Shown here piece by piece: positions 8,001 to 17,243 of a stretch of 64,000 bases of DNA. The stretch's first letter is position 1. Each line of letters starts with the position of its first letter. The notes beneath the pieces are model-generated. The model was given only the letters and a program-made list of their open reading frames with translations, was not told where the DNA came from and made no database searches. The stretch covers positions 86,175-150,174 of the forward strand of contig CAYREY010000001.1 of assembly GCA_964423405.1 (NCBI GenBank), read 5' to 3'. The stretch comes from an uncultured Chitinophaga sp. GTDB lineage: Bacteria > Bacteroidota > Bacteroidia > Chitinophagales > LD1. The translations under genes and the position numbers were made by a program.

Positions 8001-9609
8001 GGTTTACGCACTGTACCAATGGGTCGCCCACAAAATCGGGAATAAGGGCATTACCCACCACTATATCATCACTCAGTACGGCACTATCAACACAACCACT
8101 GGCATCGGTTATTACCAATGTGGGCAGATAAGTACCTGAAACGGTGTAGTTGTGTTGCGGATTAGCACCACCGGCAATAGGCGAGTTATCACCAAAGTTC
8201 CATTGATACGATACGATAGGTACATCGGATGAACTGTTATTGGTAAACCGTACGAGCATCGGCGTGCAACCTTCAAACGAATCGACGGTAAAAGCTGCAT
8301 TAATTTGCCCTACACCAATATAATTGGTTTGTGTAACTACGTTGGTACAGCCCTGTCCGTTGGCAATAGACAAACTAACTGTGTAATTACCGGGTGTGTT
8401 GTAAGTATGTGAGGGATTGGCAAGTGTAGATGAATCGCCATCGCCGAAATACCACATGTAACTTACACCACCCATAGCCGTGTTAGAAAAGTTTACTGAA
8501 AGCGGGGCCGAGCAACTGGATGTATCGCTGGCGGCAAAAGTATAGTTGATAGGGGTTGTAATATTAATGGGAACCAGCTGGGTATAGGTATTTGAACAGT
8601 TGTTGTAAGTAGCGGTAAGCGATACGGTATAATTACCGGGTGCGCTATAGCTGTGAGTAGGGTTTTGAAGTGTAGAAGTTCCTCCATCACCAAAATCCCA
8701 ACTCCATGATGTAGCATAGTTTGAACTGTCGTAAAACTGAATAGGCAGGCCTGCACAGCCGCTGTTGCTTTCGGCCACAAAATCGGCCTGCATTACGGTT
8801 ACCTCTATCAGGCCGGTATCGGTAGCCTGGCAACCAAAGGCATCGGTTACAATTAAGATGGGGTTCCAGATACCGTTTGCGTAGCTATTGTTGGGATTTT
8901 GCAATGCCGAGGTATTACCATCGCCAAAAAACCAGGCAAAGGATACTGCACCGTTAGGCGACGACCCTGCACCTGTAAAGCTTACGTTAAGCGGCGCTGT
9001 ACACGACTGAGAAGGATTGGCGGTAAGTGTAGCCGTGGGGCCGGGGCCAATAGTTACAAAATTAGGTATAGTACGGCTGGTTTGACAACCGTTCTGATCG
9101 CGGGCTATAAGGGTAATAGCAAAAGTACCTATGTTGGGAAAACAGTGCGACACGTTATAGCCAGACTGTGGCAAGCTACCATCGCCAAAATCCCATACAT
9201 ACTCAGCTACCGGGCTTTCGCCGGGTATGGTTTGGTTAATAAAGTTAACGGTGTGGCAGGGCGAGGCACAACCATTGGTGCTGTTAGCAGCCGTAAAGTT
9301 AGGCGCTGCCGGTTGAAACACCCTAATCTGCTGGGTTTGCGTATCGCACTGGCTGCCGTTACATGCCGTTAGCAGCACGTTATATATACCGGGCTGCGAA
9401 AATGTGGCGGTAGGGTTAGCCAGCGTAGAAGTGTTGCTGTTATCGAACTCCCAGTTATAGGTGGTTGCACCCGTAGACTGGTTAGTAAACGACACCACCA
9501 ATGGGGGACAGCCAAACAGCAGCGATGGTGTAAACTGTGCTGTAACCTGCGCCATGGCCCCTTCATGCCACAGAAACAGGATTGCTAAAAGAGTAATAAT
9601 CCTTCTCAC
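5095..9609 (-). CDS. Large PKD-repeat surface protein (about 13 PKD domains) with gliding-motility-associated (T9SS type B, CHU_C) C-terminal domain
   Basis: 12 W-x-F-(G/D)-x-(G/N/S)-type motifs plus one degenerate LDLGDG; C-terminal IYIPNTFTPNGDGLNDVL...W DGNG..ADVATYVYVV; GTG start with signal peptide. Confidence 0.92.
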   Translation of the reverse strand: MRRIITLLAILFLWHEGAMAQVTAQFTPSLLFGCPPLVVSFTNQSTGATTYNWEFDNSNTSTLANPTATFSQPGIYNVLLTACNGSQCDTQTQQIRVFQPAAPNFTAANSTNGCASPCHTVNFINQTIPGESPVAEYVWDFGDGSLPQSGYNVSHCFPNIGTFAITLIARDQNGCQTSRTIPNFVTIGPGPTATLTANPSQSCTAPLNVSFTGAGSSPNGAVSFAWFFGDGNTSALQNPNNSYANGIWNPILIVTDAFGCQATDTGLIEVTVMQADFVAESNSGCAGLPIQFYDSSNYATSWSWDFGDGGTSTLQNPTHSYSAPGNYTVSLTATYNNCSNTYTQLVPINITTPINYTFAASDTSSCSAPLSVNFSNTAMGGVSYMWYFGDGDSSTLANPSHTYNTPGNYTVSLSIANGQGCTNVVTQTNYIGVGQINAAFTVDSFEGCTPMLVRFTNNSSSDVPIVSYQWNFGDNSPIAGGANPQHNYTVSGTYLPTLVITDASGCVDSAVLSDDIVVGNALIPDFVGDPLVQCVNQPVNFTNNTQGFDNNTLWLWEFGDGVNSTLQDPTHAYSDTGVYTVTLTVINEGCRTDTERIDYILIVVPKAQFYFDYDCTLPTTIQFNDTSQGAETWFWDFGDGTSSTQQSPLHVFPSTDVYEITLVVTNATTGCVDSMKQSIPVGSAGTAFSADTTVGCTAFAVTFTDESALAQGWRWEFGDGSFATTQNPVHTYTVPGLYDVTLITNPGGQCPDTLVKTAYITAYGIIAAAVADPYVGCDPLTVNLRDTSTVFMGTIVSWSWDFGTGDIDSVATPTYTYVNPGIYSAVLTLTDNHGCTDFDNVDINVQRPDAFFTVDSIACPGESLQFTNVTPANTAFWDFGDGTTSTLQNPSHAYAASGSYTVTLIVYTYATNCPDTFTLVNAVNVDTPSADFFVTTSFAPCPPFPVQFFNSTNRTDLMWEWHFGDGDTSTAFQPLHVYFFPGDYDVTLIAYDSSGCRDTTTYIDMIRVRGPIGNFTATPDSGCVPLTISISGTTQSTVSSTLDLGDGMVLNDTVNLSHEYTLAGNYYPVFTLTDSVGCVVSYPVDTIVVGIIPYPNLPDDTTVCKGNYVRLESEFGDHFTWTSSPSPTYLDCDTCKSVICSAPDTLTLYVTATTNIGCVASDTIRVNVDKLPPIFPGISFRICLGDTLQLSAGPNVTAATWTPNLFIDDTNSVNPKVFPPDSAVYRVTGGNSTGCTISRQVRVYVIDKVEAELNITDTLLCEAGVLPLDLSVYQASYNDTSYTWTPPTFLNAPNIQDPVVAPPPGDYTYTVIIRSSTCIPDTEVLHLTIAPNPVVQAGDDQTVTPGTRIQLYASSPDDVSYLWTPVDSMNCVDCRRPYLTATQNQIVYVTATNQYGCPGVDSVKIRVIDCDPESIYIPNTFTPNGDGLNDVLLVRGIGLRKLDFFRVYDRWGKLVFETANLNDGWDGNGPYGKSADVATYVYVVSGICSNGSSIQKSGNVTLVR

Positions 9610-9988
9610 GTTAAGTTTGTTCGTTTTTAATGTAGATGCGGCACGCTATTGCATCTGTTGCATCTACGGTAAAACAATTCCTTCGGTTCCATTGTAATTA
9701 AACTGTACAAACATTCAAAATGTTTCACCAAATGCAGCTTGTATTAGGGTAAAAAACAGGGAATAATTTGTACAACAACCACCTCACATAATAGCTACAT
9801 GCAAGGTAACATAAACGCTGCAAAACAGGCGGCGAAGTAGTAGCCTTTTACTAACATCAACCACTAGTATGTATAGCCAGATAAATAACCGGCACCGGCT
9901 GTTTGCCCCAACATTAATAACATAAACCTACAAATGCGGCTCAAAAACGTATATTAGCTATATTGCAGTAGCATATATTTAAACACTT

Positions 9989-10411
9989 ATGAGCAAATTA
10001 ACAATTACTATAGCCGCCGTACTGGGGCTTACTTTTAACGTACTGGCCGGCGACGGCCCGGCTGCTGCCGAAAAAGCACTGGCGGCTACCTACCCCAAAG
10101 CAGAAGATATTGTTTGGAGCAAGGAAAGCGCCAACAACTACCAGGCAGCCTTTTTATACAGTGGCGTATATATGTGGGTTAATTATAACGAGGACGGCAA
10201 ATGGCTTCAAACTAAAACAGCTATTTCACCTTCACAATTACCCAACCCGGTTACCGATTATGTGAAGAAAAACTACGGCACCAACGATATACTAACAGCA
10301 AAAAAAATTGAAAGGCCGGAAGCCGATATTTTGCTGTACGAACTGGAGGTAAATTCAGCCAAGGCTAAAGTGAAAGTTATAGTAAACGAGCGCGGGGTAC
10401 TGGTTAAATAA
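9989..10411 (+). CDS. Periplasmic PepSY-like (beta-lactamase-inhibitor-like) domain protein
   Basis: Signal peptide; YPKAEDIVWSKE..YQAAF...YNEDGKWLQTKTAI...LPNPVTDYVKKNY pattern. Confidence 0.8.
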   Translation: MSKLTITIAAVLGLTFNVLAGDGPAAAEKALAATYPKAEDIVWSKESANNYQAAFLYSGVYMWVNYNEDGKWLQTKTAISPSQLPNPVTDYVKKNYGTNDILTAKKIERPEADILLYELEVNSAKAKVKVIVNERGVLVK

Positions 10412-10425
10412 AATACACCAGTTTA

Positions 10426-12993
10426 TTACCTTAATACGGTAAGCGCCAGCGCTATGCGGCCACCGTAGTAATCTTCATTTTTATGTGAGCCGAACCCGGC
10501 TACAAAATCTACGCGCAGTACTTTAAGAATGTTGGCAATACCTACATCTACCTGTAGCCATTGCTGGCGGGTGGGTGTGTACAGAAAATGGAAACCCACC
10601 ACTTCATCCAGCTTTAGCTTACGTATGCCGGGTATTTTGTTGAACAGAAAACCACCAAAGTGATGCTCTATATGGCCCTCGGCAAAATAGCGGGTAGTAC
10701 TGTGGCGGTAATAGCGTAGTAAAAAGAAACCAAGCAGGTCGGTTGTGCCCTGCGTAAAGAAGTTGCCGTAAAAATGCTTGTAGTCGGGGTAGGTTATATT
10801 TTTTACATACGGAAAACCGCCGCCGCCAAAGCGGTAAAAAGTAGTACCAAGTATATTGGTAGGTATGTTACCCTCCAGTTGAGCCTCCAGAAAATCGTAG
10901 TTAAGATCGCTATAGCCTTTAATTGGTATAGCCCGCTTGTAGGTAACCAATAATTCGGGCCACTTAGAGCCGGTACGGAAACGGGCATCGGGACGGGTAA
11001 TATATTTTTGACCAAACACGAAACGCATTTTCACTTCTACCCGCAGTATGTTATGCTCCTGTATATTATAGTTAACCGAGTTGGTTTCGGGCAACTCCAT
11101 ACCATTGCGCGAGTACGAGCCATGTACGCTTTTAAAAAAATAGAAGTGGCTCATGTTCTCCAGCGGCATGCGGTGGGCAGCATGCACTATAAATGTGCCG
11201 GTGATACCGTTGTACAACTCGCGCGAGTAGCTTACCCGCCCAAAATACTGCTCAAACAGTTTCATGCGGTTTTGCTTAAACAGCAGGCTTTGCCAGGTGT
11301 TGCCAAACTCGGGCTGTGGCTGCACCTCGTTAAACTGGCTTACATACTTACCACCCGAGATGGTGATAAACTCCTCGTGTATCTGGTTGGTGCGTATGGT
11401 AAACTTAGCCATACTATTAAAGTGCCGGTTACTTAAGCCATAACGGAACCAGGGTTCAAACACCAGCCGTACATCCTTTTCTTTCCATTCTTTGCGTATA
11501 GCAAACTTCATTTGAAAAGTTACCCCCTCTACGGTGTTGTAGTTTACCAGATTAAGTAATGATGGAAAATCTACCTGAATGCGTTTGTACTGTTTACGGA
11601 AACTGTAGCCTGTTAGTATAGAAAAGAAACCCGGCTTATTCAGGTCTTTATCGGTGCTATCTTTAAATTCTTTCGACTCGCGGATAACCTGTATGCTATC
11701 CTTTAACTGGTAGTCGGAAACTTCGAGTTCGGTAAGCGGTACGGGGCGGATGCTGTCCCAATAGGCCTCTTCGCGTTTGTTGGCTTTCTCCTCTACTTTC
11801 AATACCTCTTCGCTAAAAATCAGTTTCTCGGCCTGTTGTTCGGCTTTCTTTATCTGTTTAGCATACTTTTTAGGTGCTTTTACCGAATCGGCTTTTACTA
11901 TAGCAGCCCTGGCAGCTACCGGAATCATACCATTTATATCGTTTACAATGTAGTTTTTAAAAATACCCAGGTAGTAGCCATCGCCTTTTATACCCAGCGC
12001 ACCACCGTTGGCATCGTAGCGCTGTTGGGTAGGCAGCCAAATATCGCCAGCCACCGGTACAAAGTACTGGGTTACTTTTAGTGTATCTATATACTGTATG
12101 CCGTTGGCTTTAGTAAGGGTCAACTCTAGCGAGTGTATGTTCCAGTTGTTTTCAATAATACTGAGCACACCGGTAAAGCATGGGTCTGATTTACGCTTTG
12201 GTGTAACCAGTATTTTGTTTACAAGGTACTCTCCCTCTTTATATGCACCCAGCATACGGAAATTGTAATAGAAAAAAGTGTTTTCGGCCAGTGGCGAAAT
12301 AAATGGGCGCTGCGCTATGAACGGTATGGTAATGTTGCGCTCGTAAAAGTTAAAGTAAAAATTCTGGGCAGAGTTAAATGTAAAACCATTGGCACGGCCA
12401 CTTACCTTAGATGAATACACTACCTCGCGGAACTTGTTAGGCTTTTTGTAGTACAGTTTAGACTGCGACTCGCTGAGGTACAGGATACCCGAATTTTTAG
12501 GCCCGCTAAGCAGGCCACCGGTATTCAGTTTACGGCCCAGTATACGGTCGGGTGCCTCCAGTATGCGCTGCATGCCTTTTACGTAGGCATCGCAGCTGTA
12601 GCTTTCTACTACGTTTAAAAAGTATTTACGCTTTTGTATGGCTTTGCGGATAACTTCCAGCGCAGGGTCTTCGCTGGCGTTTACCACCACATCGCGTATT
12701 TCGTACTGCTGCTCCTCCAGCGTTACATTCAGTTCCAGATCTGCTTTTATGGTTACCGTTTCGGTGTGCTGCTTATAGCCCAGGTGCTGAAAAACCAACT
12801 CGTAGGTACCGGCGGGCAGGTCGAACTGGTATTGGCCGGCGCCGTTGGCCGAGGTACCATTGCTGGTACCTTTTACATAAATATTGGCATAGCCTATACC
12901 TAACTTATTGGGTCCGTACACCACACCGTGCACATTAAATGCCCATGCCAGATAAGCCATCGCCACAAAAACCCCGGTTAACAGAAAACGCAT
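10426..12993 (-). CDS. Carboxypeptidase-regulatory-like domain plus DUF5686 outer-membrane protein
   Basis: N-terminal IGYANIYVKGTSNGTSAN..G.Y...L.F..LGY; YEIRDVVV...AIQKRK; long beta-barrel-like C-terminus; start moved to ATG 12993. Confidence 0.85.
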   Translation of the reverse strand: MRFLLTGVFVAMAYLAWAFNVHGVVYGPNKLGIGYANIYVKGTSNGTSANGAGQYQFDLPAGTYELVFQHLGYKQHTETVTIKADLELNVTLEEQQYEIRDVVVNASEDPALEVIRKAIQKRKYFLNVVESYSCDAYVKGMQRILEAPDRILGRKLNTGGLLSGPKNSGILYLSESQSKLYYKKPNKFREVVYSSKVSGRANGFTFNSAQNFYFNFYERNITIPFIAQRPFISPLAENTFFYYNFRMLGAYKEGEYLVNKILVTPKRKSDPCFTGVLSIIENNWNIHSLELTLTKANGIQYIDTLKVTQYFVPVAGDIWLPTQQRYDANGGALGIKGDGYYLGIFKNYIVNDINGMIPVAARAAIVKADSVKAPKKYAKQIKKAEQQAEKLIFSEEVLKVEEKANKREEAYWDSIRPVPLTELEVSDYQLKDSIQVIRESKEFKDSTDKDLNKPGFFSILTGYSFRKQYKRIQVDFPSLLNLVNYNTVEGVTFQMKFAIRKEWKEKDVRLVFEPWFRYGLSNRHFNSMAKFTIRTNQIHEEFITISGGKYVSQFNEVQPQPEFGNTWQSLLFKQNRMKLFEQYFGRVSYSRELYNGITGTFIVHAAHRMPLENMSHFYFFKSVHGSYSRNGMELPETNSVNYNIQEHNILRVEVKMRFVFGQKYITRPDARFRTGSKWPELLVTYKRAIPIKGYSDLNYDFLEAQLEGNIPTNILGTTFYRFGGGGFPYVKNITYPDYKHFYGNFFTQGTTDLLGFFLLRYYRHSTTRYFAEGHIEHHFGGFLFNKIPGIRKLKLDEVVGFHFLYTPTRQQWLQVDVGIANILKVLRVDFVAGFGSHKNEDYYGGRIALALTVLR

Positions 12994-13379
12994 GCAGCGA
13001 TGAAAATAAGAAAATAATGATAGCATGGATTGGTGCAGGTGTGTGGTTGGTTGAAAGTACAACAACAGGGGGCCGGGTTTGGTTCAGGCAAATAGTAATG
13101 AGCAAAACATTATATAAAAAAAGCAATAAGCATACCTGCCCTCAATTGAACTACCACCCTATGCAAACCGGATACCTAAGCTGTAATGAGTGCTTAGCAA
13201 TTTACAATTCAGCATATTTTTATCAGCTTACTCAATATGCTAAATACACATTAAATAATATTAAAATAAATAAACCGGGTTAACTAAAACAGGGGTAGGG
13301 GTGTTAACATTGATTTTTATAATACACTGAAAATAAACAAGTTAAATAAGCAGGGTATTAACATGGTTTTTAAAAGCCC

Positions 13380-15053
13380 CTAATTTGTGTTCACCTCTAT
13401 ATACTGTAAATCGGTACGTACTTTAAAGTCCGTTTCTTTCTTTAGTTTAAGTGTAGTTGTCTGGCCCATAGTAGTAGCGGGCAGTTGCATGGTTTTATTG
13501 CCGGTAGTACTAACAATAACCGGCATGGCAAAACCGGTGGCATCGGCCTGCCAGTAATAGGTTAACTCATACTCGCCCCTGCGTACCTTTTTAAGCTTGT
13601 AATGAAATACGGGTATAGCAGGGTGCTTCAGGTATTGGGCAAATACGGTGCTTAGCTCTTTACCTGTTTTTTGATTGAAGTACGCCAGCACATCGGTATA
13701 GCCAATGTTCTTCATTTTAAAGGTAGTATCGCACATGCCTTTAATTAAACCCCACCAGCGGGTATCATCGTTTACAATGCTGCGGATGGTATTAAGAAAC
13801 AAAGCACCTTTAGCATACATATCGCCATCGCCCTCTTCGTTTACACCATAGGGGCCTACTATGGGTTCTTTATTACCAATATGTGCCTTGTGTGCGTTGA
13901 TGTATTTAATGGCAGTGTCTTTACCAAACATACACTCTACATAAATACTCTCGGTATAGGTACAGAAACTTTCATGTATCCACATATCGGCAATATCGTT
14001 GCAGCTTACACTATTACCCCACCACTCGTGGCCGGTTTCGTGGATAATGATGTAATCAAAATCGAGCCCGATGCGCGAGTAATCGGTACCGGCATAACCG
14101 GTCAGGTATTTATTGCCATACGCAATAGCCCCCTGATGCTCCATACCTAAGTAGGGGGTTTCTACCAGTGCATAACCATCGTTCCAGAAAGGGTATTTAC
14201 CCAGGTATTTTTCATAGCACTTCAACATAGGTTTTACCTGCATAAAATGCAGGCGGGCTTTATCCAGGTTATAGCGCATTACATAATAGTTAAGCGGCAG
14301 TTTTGTTTTATCATCAGCTATATACTCATCGCTAAACTCTACATAATCGCCAATGTTAAGTGTAACGTTATAGCTGTTAATGGGGTAGCTTACCAACCAG
14401 TTATAAGTGGTAGTGCCATCTTCTTTTTCACTTGCAGGTTCTTCGCGGCCGTTGCTTACGCAACGCAAACCACCGGGTACATTACAATGTATGCGCATAC
14501 TGTCGGGTTCATCGCCCAGCCAGTCTTTACAGGGCCACCAGCTACTGGCACCCATACCCTCGCAGCTAACACCAATCCAGGTATGGCCGTTACGGTCATA
14601 GCTCCAGCTAAAGCCGCCATCCCAGGGGGCACGTTTAGCAACGGTAGGTACGCCGAAATAGTTAACCAGCAACTCGCCGGTGGTACCGGCTTTAACAGTT
14701 TCAGGCATCTCCACAAAAATGGCGTTGTACTCGCGGCGATAGCGAAGCTCTTTACCGCCGGCGGTAATGGCAATCACTTTCATATTATCAAACAAATCCA
14801 ATTGCAGGGTAGTGAAGTCTTCTACCGCTTTATACACAATACGGTTGCTGCCGGTAACCGAGCGTTTAACAGTATCTACTTTTACATCCAGTTCGTAGTA
14901 GGTAACATCGTAGCAGGTGCGCTCGGGGCGCAATGAGCCGCGCAGGGTATCGGCACGGGTATATTCCTTTTTCTGATTAATGAGCGACTGGCCCTGTAAG
15001 GTCAGCACGCCCAACATACAACTTACTATTACTAACAAACTTTGCTTTATCAT
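13380..15053 (-). CDS. M1 family zinc aminopeptidase, secreted
   Basis: GMEHQ (GAMEN-like) exopeptidase motif, HETGHEWWGN plus downstream HESF, signal peptide. Confidence 0.93.
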   Translation of the reverse strand: MIKQSLLVIVSCMLGVLTLQGQSLINQKKEYTRADTLRGSLRPERTCYDVTYYELDVKVDTVKRSVTGSNRIVYKAVEDFTTLQLDLFDNMKVIAITAGGKELRYRREYNAIFVEMPETVKAGTTGELLVNYFGVPTVAKRAPWDGGFSWSYDRNGHTWIGVSCEGMGASSWWPCKDWLGDEPDSMRIHCNVPGGLRCVSNGREEPASEKEDGTTTYNWLVSYPINSYNVTLNIGDYVEFSDEYIADDKTKLPLNYYVMRYNLDKARLHFMQVKPMLKCYEKYLGKYPFWNDGYALVETPYLGMEHQGAIAYGNKYLTGYAGTDYSRIGLDFDYIIIHETGHEWWGNSVSCNDIADMWIHESFCTYTESIYVECMFGKDTAIKYINAHKAHIGNKEPIVGPYGVNEEGDGDMYAKGALFLNTIRSIVNDDTRWWGLIKGMCDTTFKMKNIGYTDVLAYFNQKTGKELSTVFAQYLKHPAIPVFHYKLKKVRRGEYELTYYWQADATGFAMPVIVSTTGNKTMQLPATTMGQTTTLKLKKETDFKVRTDLQYIEVNTN

Positions 15054-15141
15054 AAACTATGTGTTGGCTATAATTGTTTAATAATCCGAAATTGAAATAA
15101 ATTGCCGACTTATTCGTGTTAAGGTAAACTGAATTGACAAC

Positions 15142-16374
15142 ATGTTGAAGCCAATCATCTTTTTTAGTATTGTTTTAACCATCTACAGCGCTATAGAGTA
15201 CTACGGGTGGCAGGCCATCCGTACGGCGTTTCAACCGCAAAATATCAACCGAGCCAAGTGGCTGTACTGGGGTATCAGCATCGCGCTTTTTTTATTGTTT
15301 ACCACCTACCGGCCTTTTTTATATAAGGTAATGCCCAAAACACTGGCTACGTATTTTGGCGTGCTATTCATCACTATATTTTTGGCCAAGCTGGTTGTAA
15401 TGCTGTTTCTGTTTCCCGAAGATATTTCAAGGTTCTTTAAATTTTTATCGGGTAAACTATCGGGTACGCCAAGCGATGCGGCGGGAATGTCGCGCAATGA
15501 GTTTTTGAGCAAGCTGGCGCTGGGCGCGGCTACCATACCGGCTGTAACCATGTTGTATGGTGTAGTGGCTAATGCATATAATTATCAGTTTCGCAGGGTA
15601 ACCATTAAGTTTCCCAACCTGCCCGATGCCTTTAATGGTTTTAAGATTATACAGCTATCGGATATACACAGCGGCAGCTTTACCAAAACCGAGCCGATAG
15701 AAAAAGTAATTAAACAGATAAACGCTGCCAATGCCGACCTGATATTATTTACCGGCGACCTGGTAAACAATGTAGCCAGCGAGATGGAGCCGTTTATGAA
15801 TGTGTTCAACAAGCTGGAGGCAAAGCATGGTGTAATGTCGGTAACCGGTAACCACGATTATGGCGACTATGTAACCTGGGATAATGACGATGAGAAAAAA
15901 GAAAACTTTAAGCGCTTTATAGCCACACATAAAGAACTTGGCTGGGACCTGTTGTTGAACGAGCACCGGGTAATTGAACGCAATGGACAGAAGATTGCCG
16001 TAATAGGTATAGAAAACTGGGGCGGGGGTAATTTTTCGAAGTATGGTAAGTTTGAAGAGGCCTACAAAAATACAGGCGATATACCGTTTAAGATACTGAT
16101 GAGCCATGACCCCAGCAGTTGGGATAAACGCGTAAAACAGGAATACCCCGATACCGACCTTACCTTTAGCGGGCACACCCACGGGGCACAATTTGGTGTA
16201 GAAAACAAATGGCTGAAATGGAGCCCATCGCAATACATTTACAAGCAATGGGCGGGGCTGTATAATGATGGCAAGCAGTACCTGTATGTAAACCGCGGAT
16301 TTGGTTTTCTGTTTTACCCGGGCCGTATAGGTATACTACCCGAGGTGGCAGAGATAACACTGGTGAAGGGGTAA
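15142..16374 (+). CDS. Membrane-anchored metallophosphoesterase (YkuE-like)
   Basis: N-terminal TM helices; SDIH, GDLVN, GNHDY, SHDP, GHTHG motifs. Confidence 0.93.
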   Translation: MLKPIIFFSIVLTIYSAIEYYGWQAIRTAFQPQNINRAKWLYWGISIALFLLFTTYRPFLYKVMPKTLATYFGVLFITIFLAKLVVMLFLFPEDISRFFKFLSGKLSGTPSDAAGMSRNEFLSKLALGAATIPAVTMLYGVVANAYNYQFRRVTIKFPNLPDAFNGFKIIQLSDIHSGSFTKTEPIEKVIKQINAANADLILFTGDLVNNVASEMEPFMNVFNKLEAKHGVMSVTGNHDYGDYVTWDNDDEKKENFKRFIATHKELGWDLLLNEHRVIERNGQKIAVIGIENWGGGNFSKYGKFEEAYKNTGDIPFKILMSHDPSSWDKRVKQEYPDTDLTFSGHTHGAQFGVENKWLKWSPSQYIYKQWAGLYNDGKQYLYVNRGFGFLFYPGRIGILPEVAEITLVKG

Positions 16375-16396
16375 ACTGCCATTACTTTAAGTTAAG

Positions 16397-16468
16397 CACC
16401 ACCTCGTCTCGCTTCGCTCGACCACCTCCTCCTTAAAATGCCGCCGTGTTGCGGCGAAGGAGGAGAGC
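16397..16468. repeat. Short palindromic intergenic element (REP/MITE-like)
   Basis: Nested inverted repeats CTCCTCCTT/AAGGAGGAG around CGCCG-tgttg-CGGCG, preceded by CTCGTCTCGCTTCGCTCG. Confidence 0.55.
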
Positions 16469-16547
16469 TAAAAACCAAATACAGCTTAACTTAACGTTAT
16501 TGCGTAAAAGTGAGACATTAACGGACAAAGCCAACAACAATAAACAG

Positions 16548-17210
16548 ATGAAAATAAGAGCAATAATAACCGGCACCACCGGCATGGTGGGCGAAGGTGT
16601 AATGCACGAATGCCTTAACAACCCGAATGTAGAAGAGGTGCTTATAATTAACCGCAGGCCATCGGGTTTTAGCCACCCTAAGCTTAAAGAGGTAGTGCAC
16701 GCCAACTTTATGGACCTTAGCCCTGTAGCAACGCAACTGAAAGGGTACAACGCCTGCTATTTTTGCCTGGGTGTATCATCGGTAGGTATGAGCGATGAAG
16801 ACTACTACCGCAACACCTATGAACTAACCATACACTTTGCGCAAACAGTGCTTAAACAAAACCCGGAGGGCGTAACGTTTTGTTACGTATCGGGTTCAGG
16901 TACCGATAGTACAGAGAAAGGCCGCCTGGGCTGGGCCAGGGTAAAAGGCAAAACCGAAAATGAACTGTTGCGCATGGGCTTTAAGCAGGCGTTTATGTTC
17001 CGCCCCGGTTATATGCAGCCTACACCGGGATTGAAAAATGCTTTATCGGGTTACAAATACATAGGCTGGCTGTACCCGGTACTGAAAGTAATAGCCCCCA
17101 ACAGTGTGTCTACACTTAAAGTAGTGGGCGATGCTATGATTAATGTAACGTTACGCGGCTTTGCTAAAAACATACTGGAGGTAGCCGATATTAAGGCAGC
17201 CGGTAAGTAA
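16548..17210 (+). CDS. NAD(P)-binding epimerase/dehydratase-like (atypical SDR) protein
   Basis: IITGTTGMVGEGV Rossmann motif, CYFCLGVSS, WARVKGKTENEL; start moved to ATG 16548. Confidence 0.9.
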   Translation: MKIRAIITGTTGMVGEGVMHECLNNPNVEEVLIINRRPSGFSHPKLKEVVHANFMDLSPVATQLKGYNACYFCLGVSSVGMSDEDYYRNTYELTIHFAQTVLKQNPEGVTFCYVSGSGTDSTEKGRLGWARVKGKTENELLRMGFKQAFMFRPGYMQPTPGLKNALSGYKYIGWLYPVLKVIAPNSVSTLKVVGDAMINVTLRGFAKNILEVADIKAAGK

Positions 17211-17243
17211 CATTGCCTTACTTTTACCATCTTCGCGCGCGGT

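Noticed and set aside
9631-9667. Inverted repeat GTAGATGC...GCATCTAC upstream of the PKD gene
   Set aside because: 8-bp arms with a long spacer, single occurrence; cannot be distinguished from chance
12939-13283. 114-aa ORF between DUF5686 and the M1 peptidase
   Set aside because: It overlaps the DUF5686 start on the opposite strand, runs into AT-rich intergenic sequence and has no motif
16446-16547. Poly-Arg N-terminal extension (MLRRRRR) of the epimerase, resembling a Tat or leader peptide
   Set aside because: It arises from reading through the palindromic repeat; the Rossmann domain starts at ATG 16548
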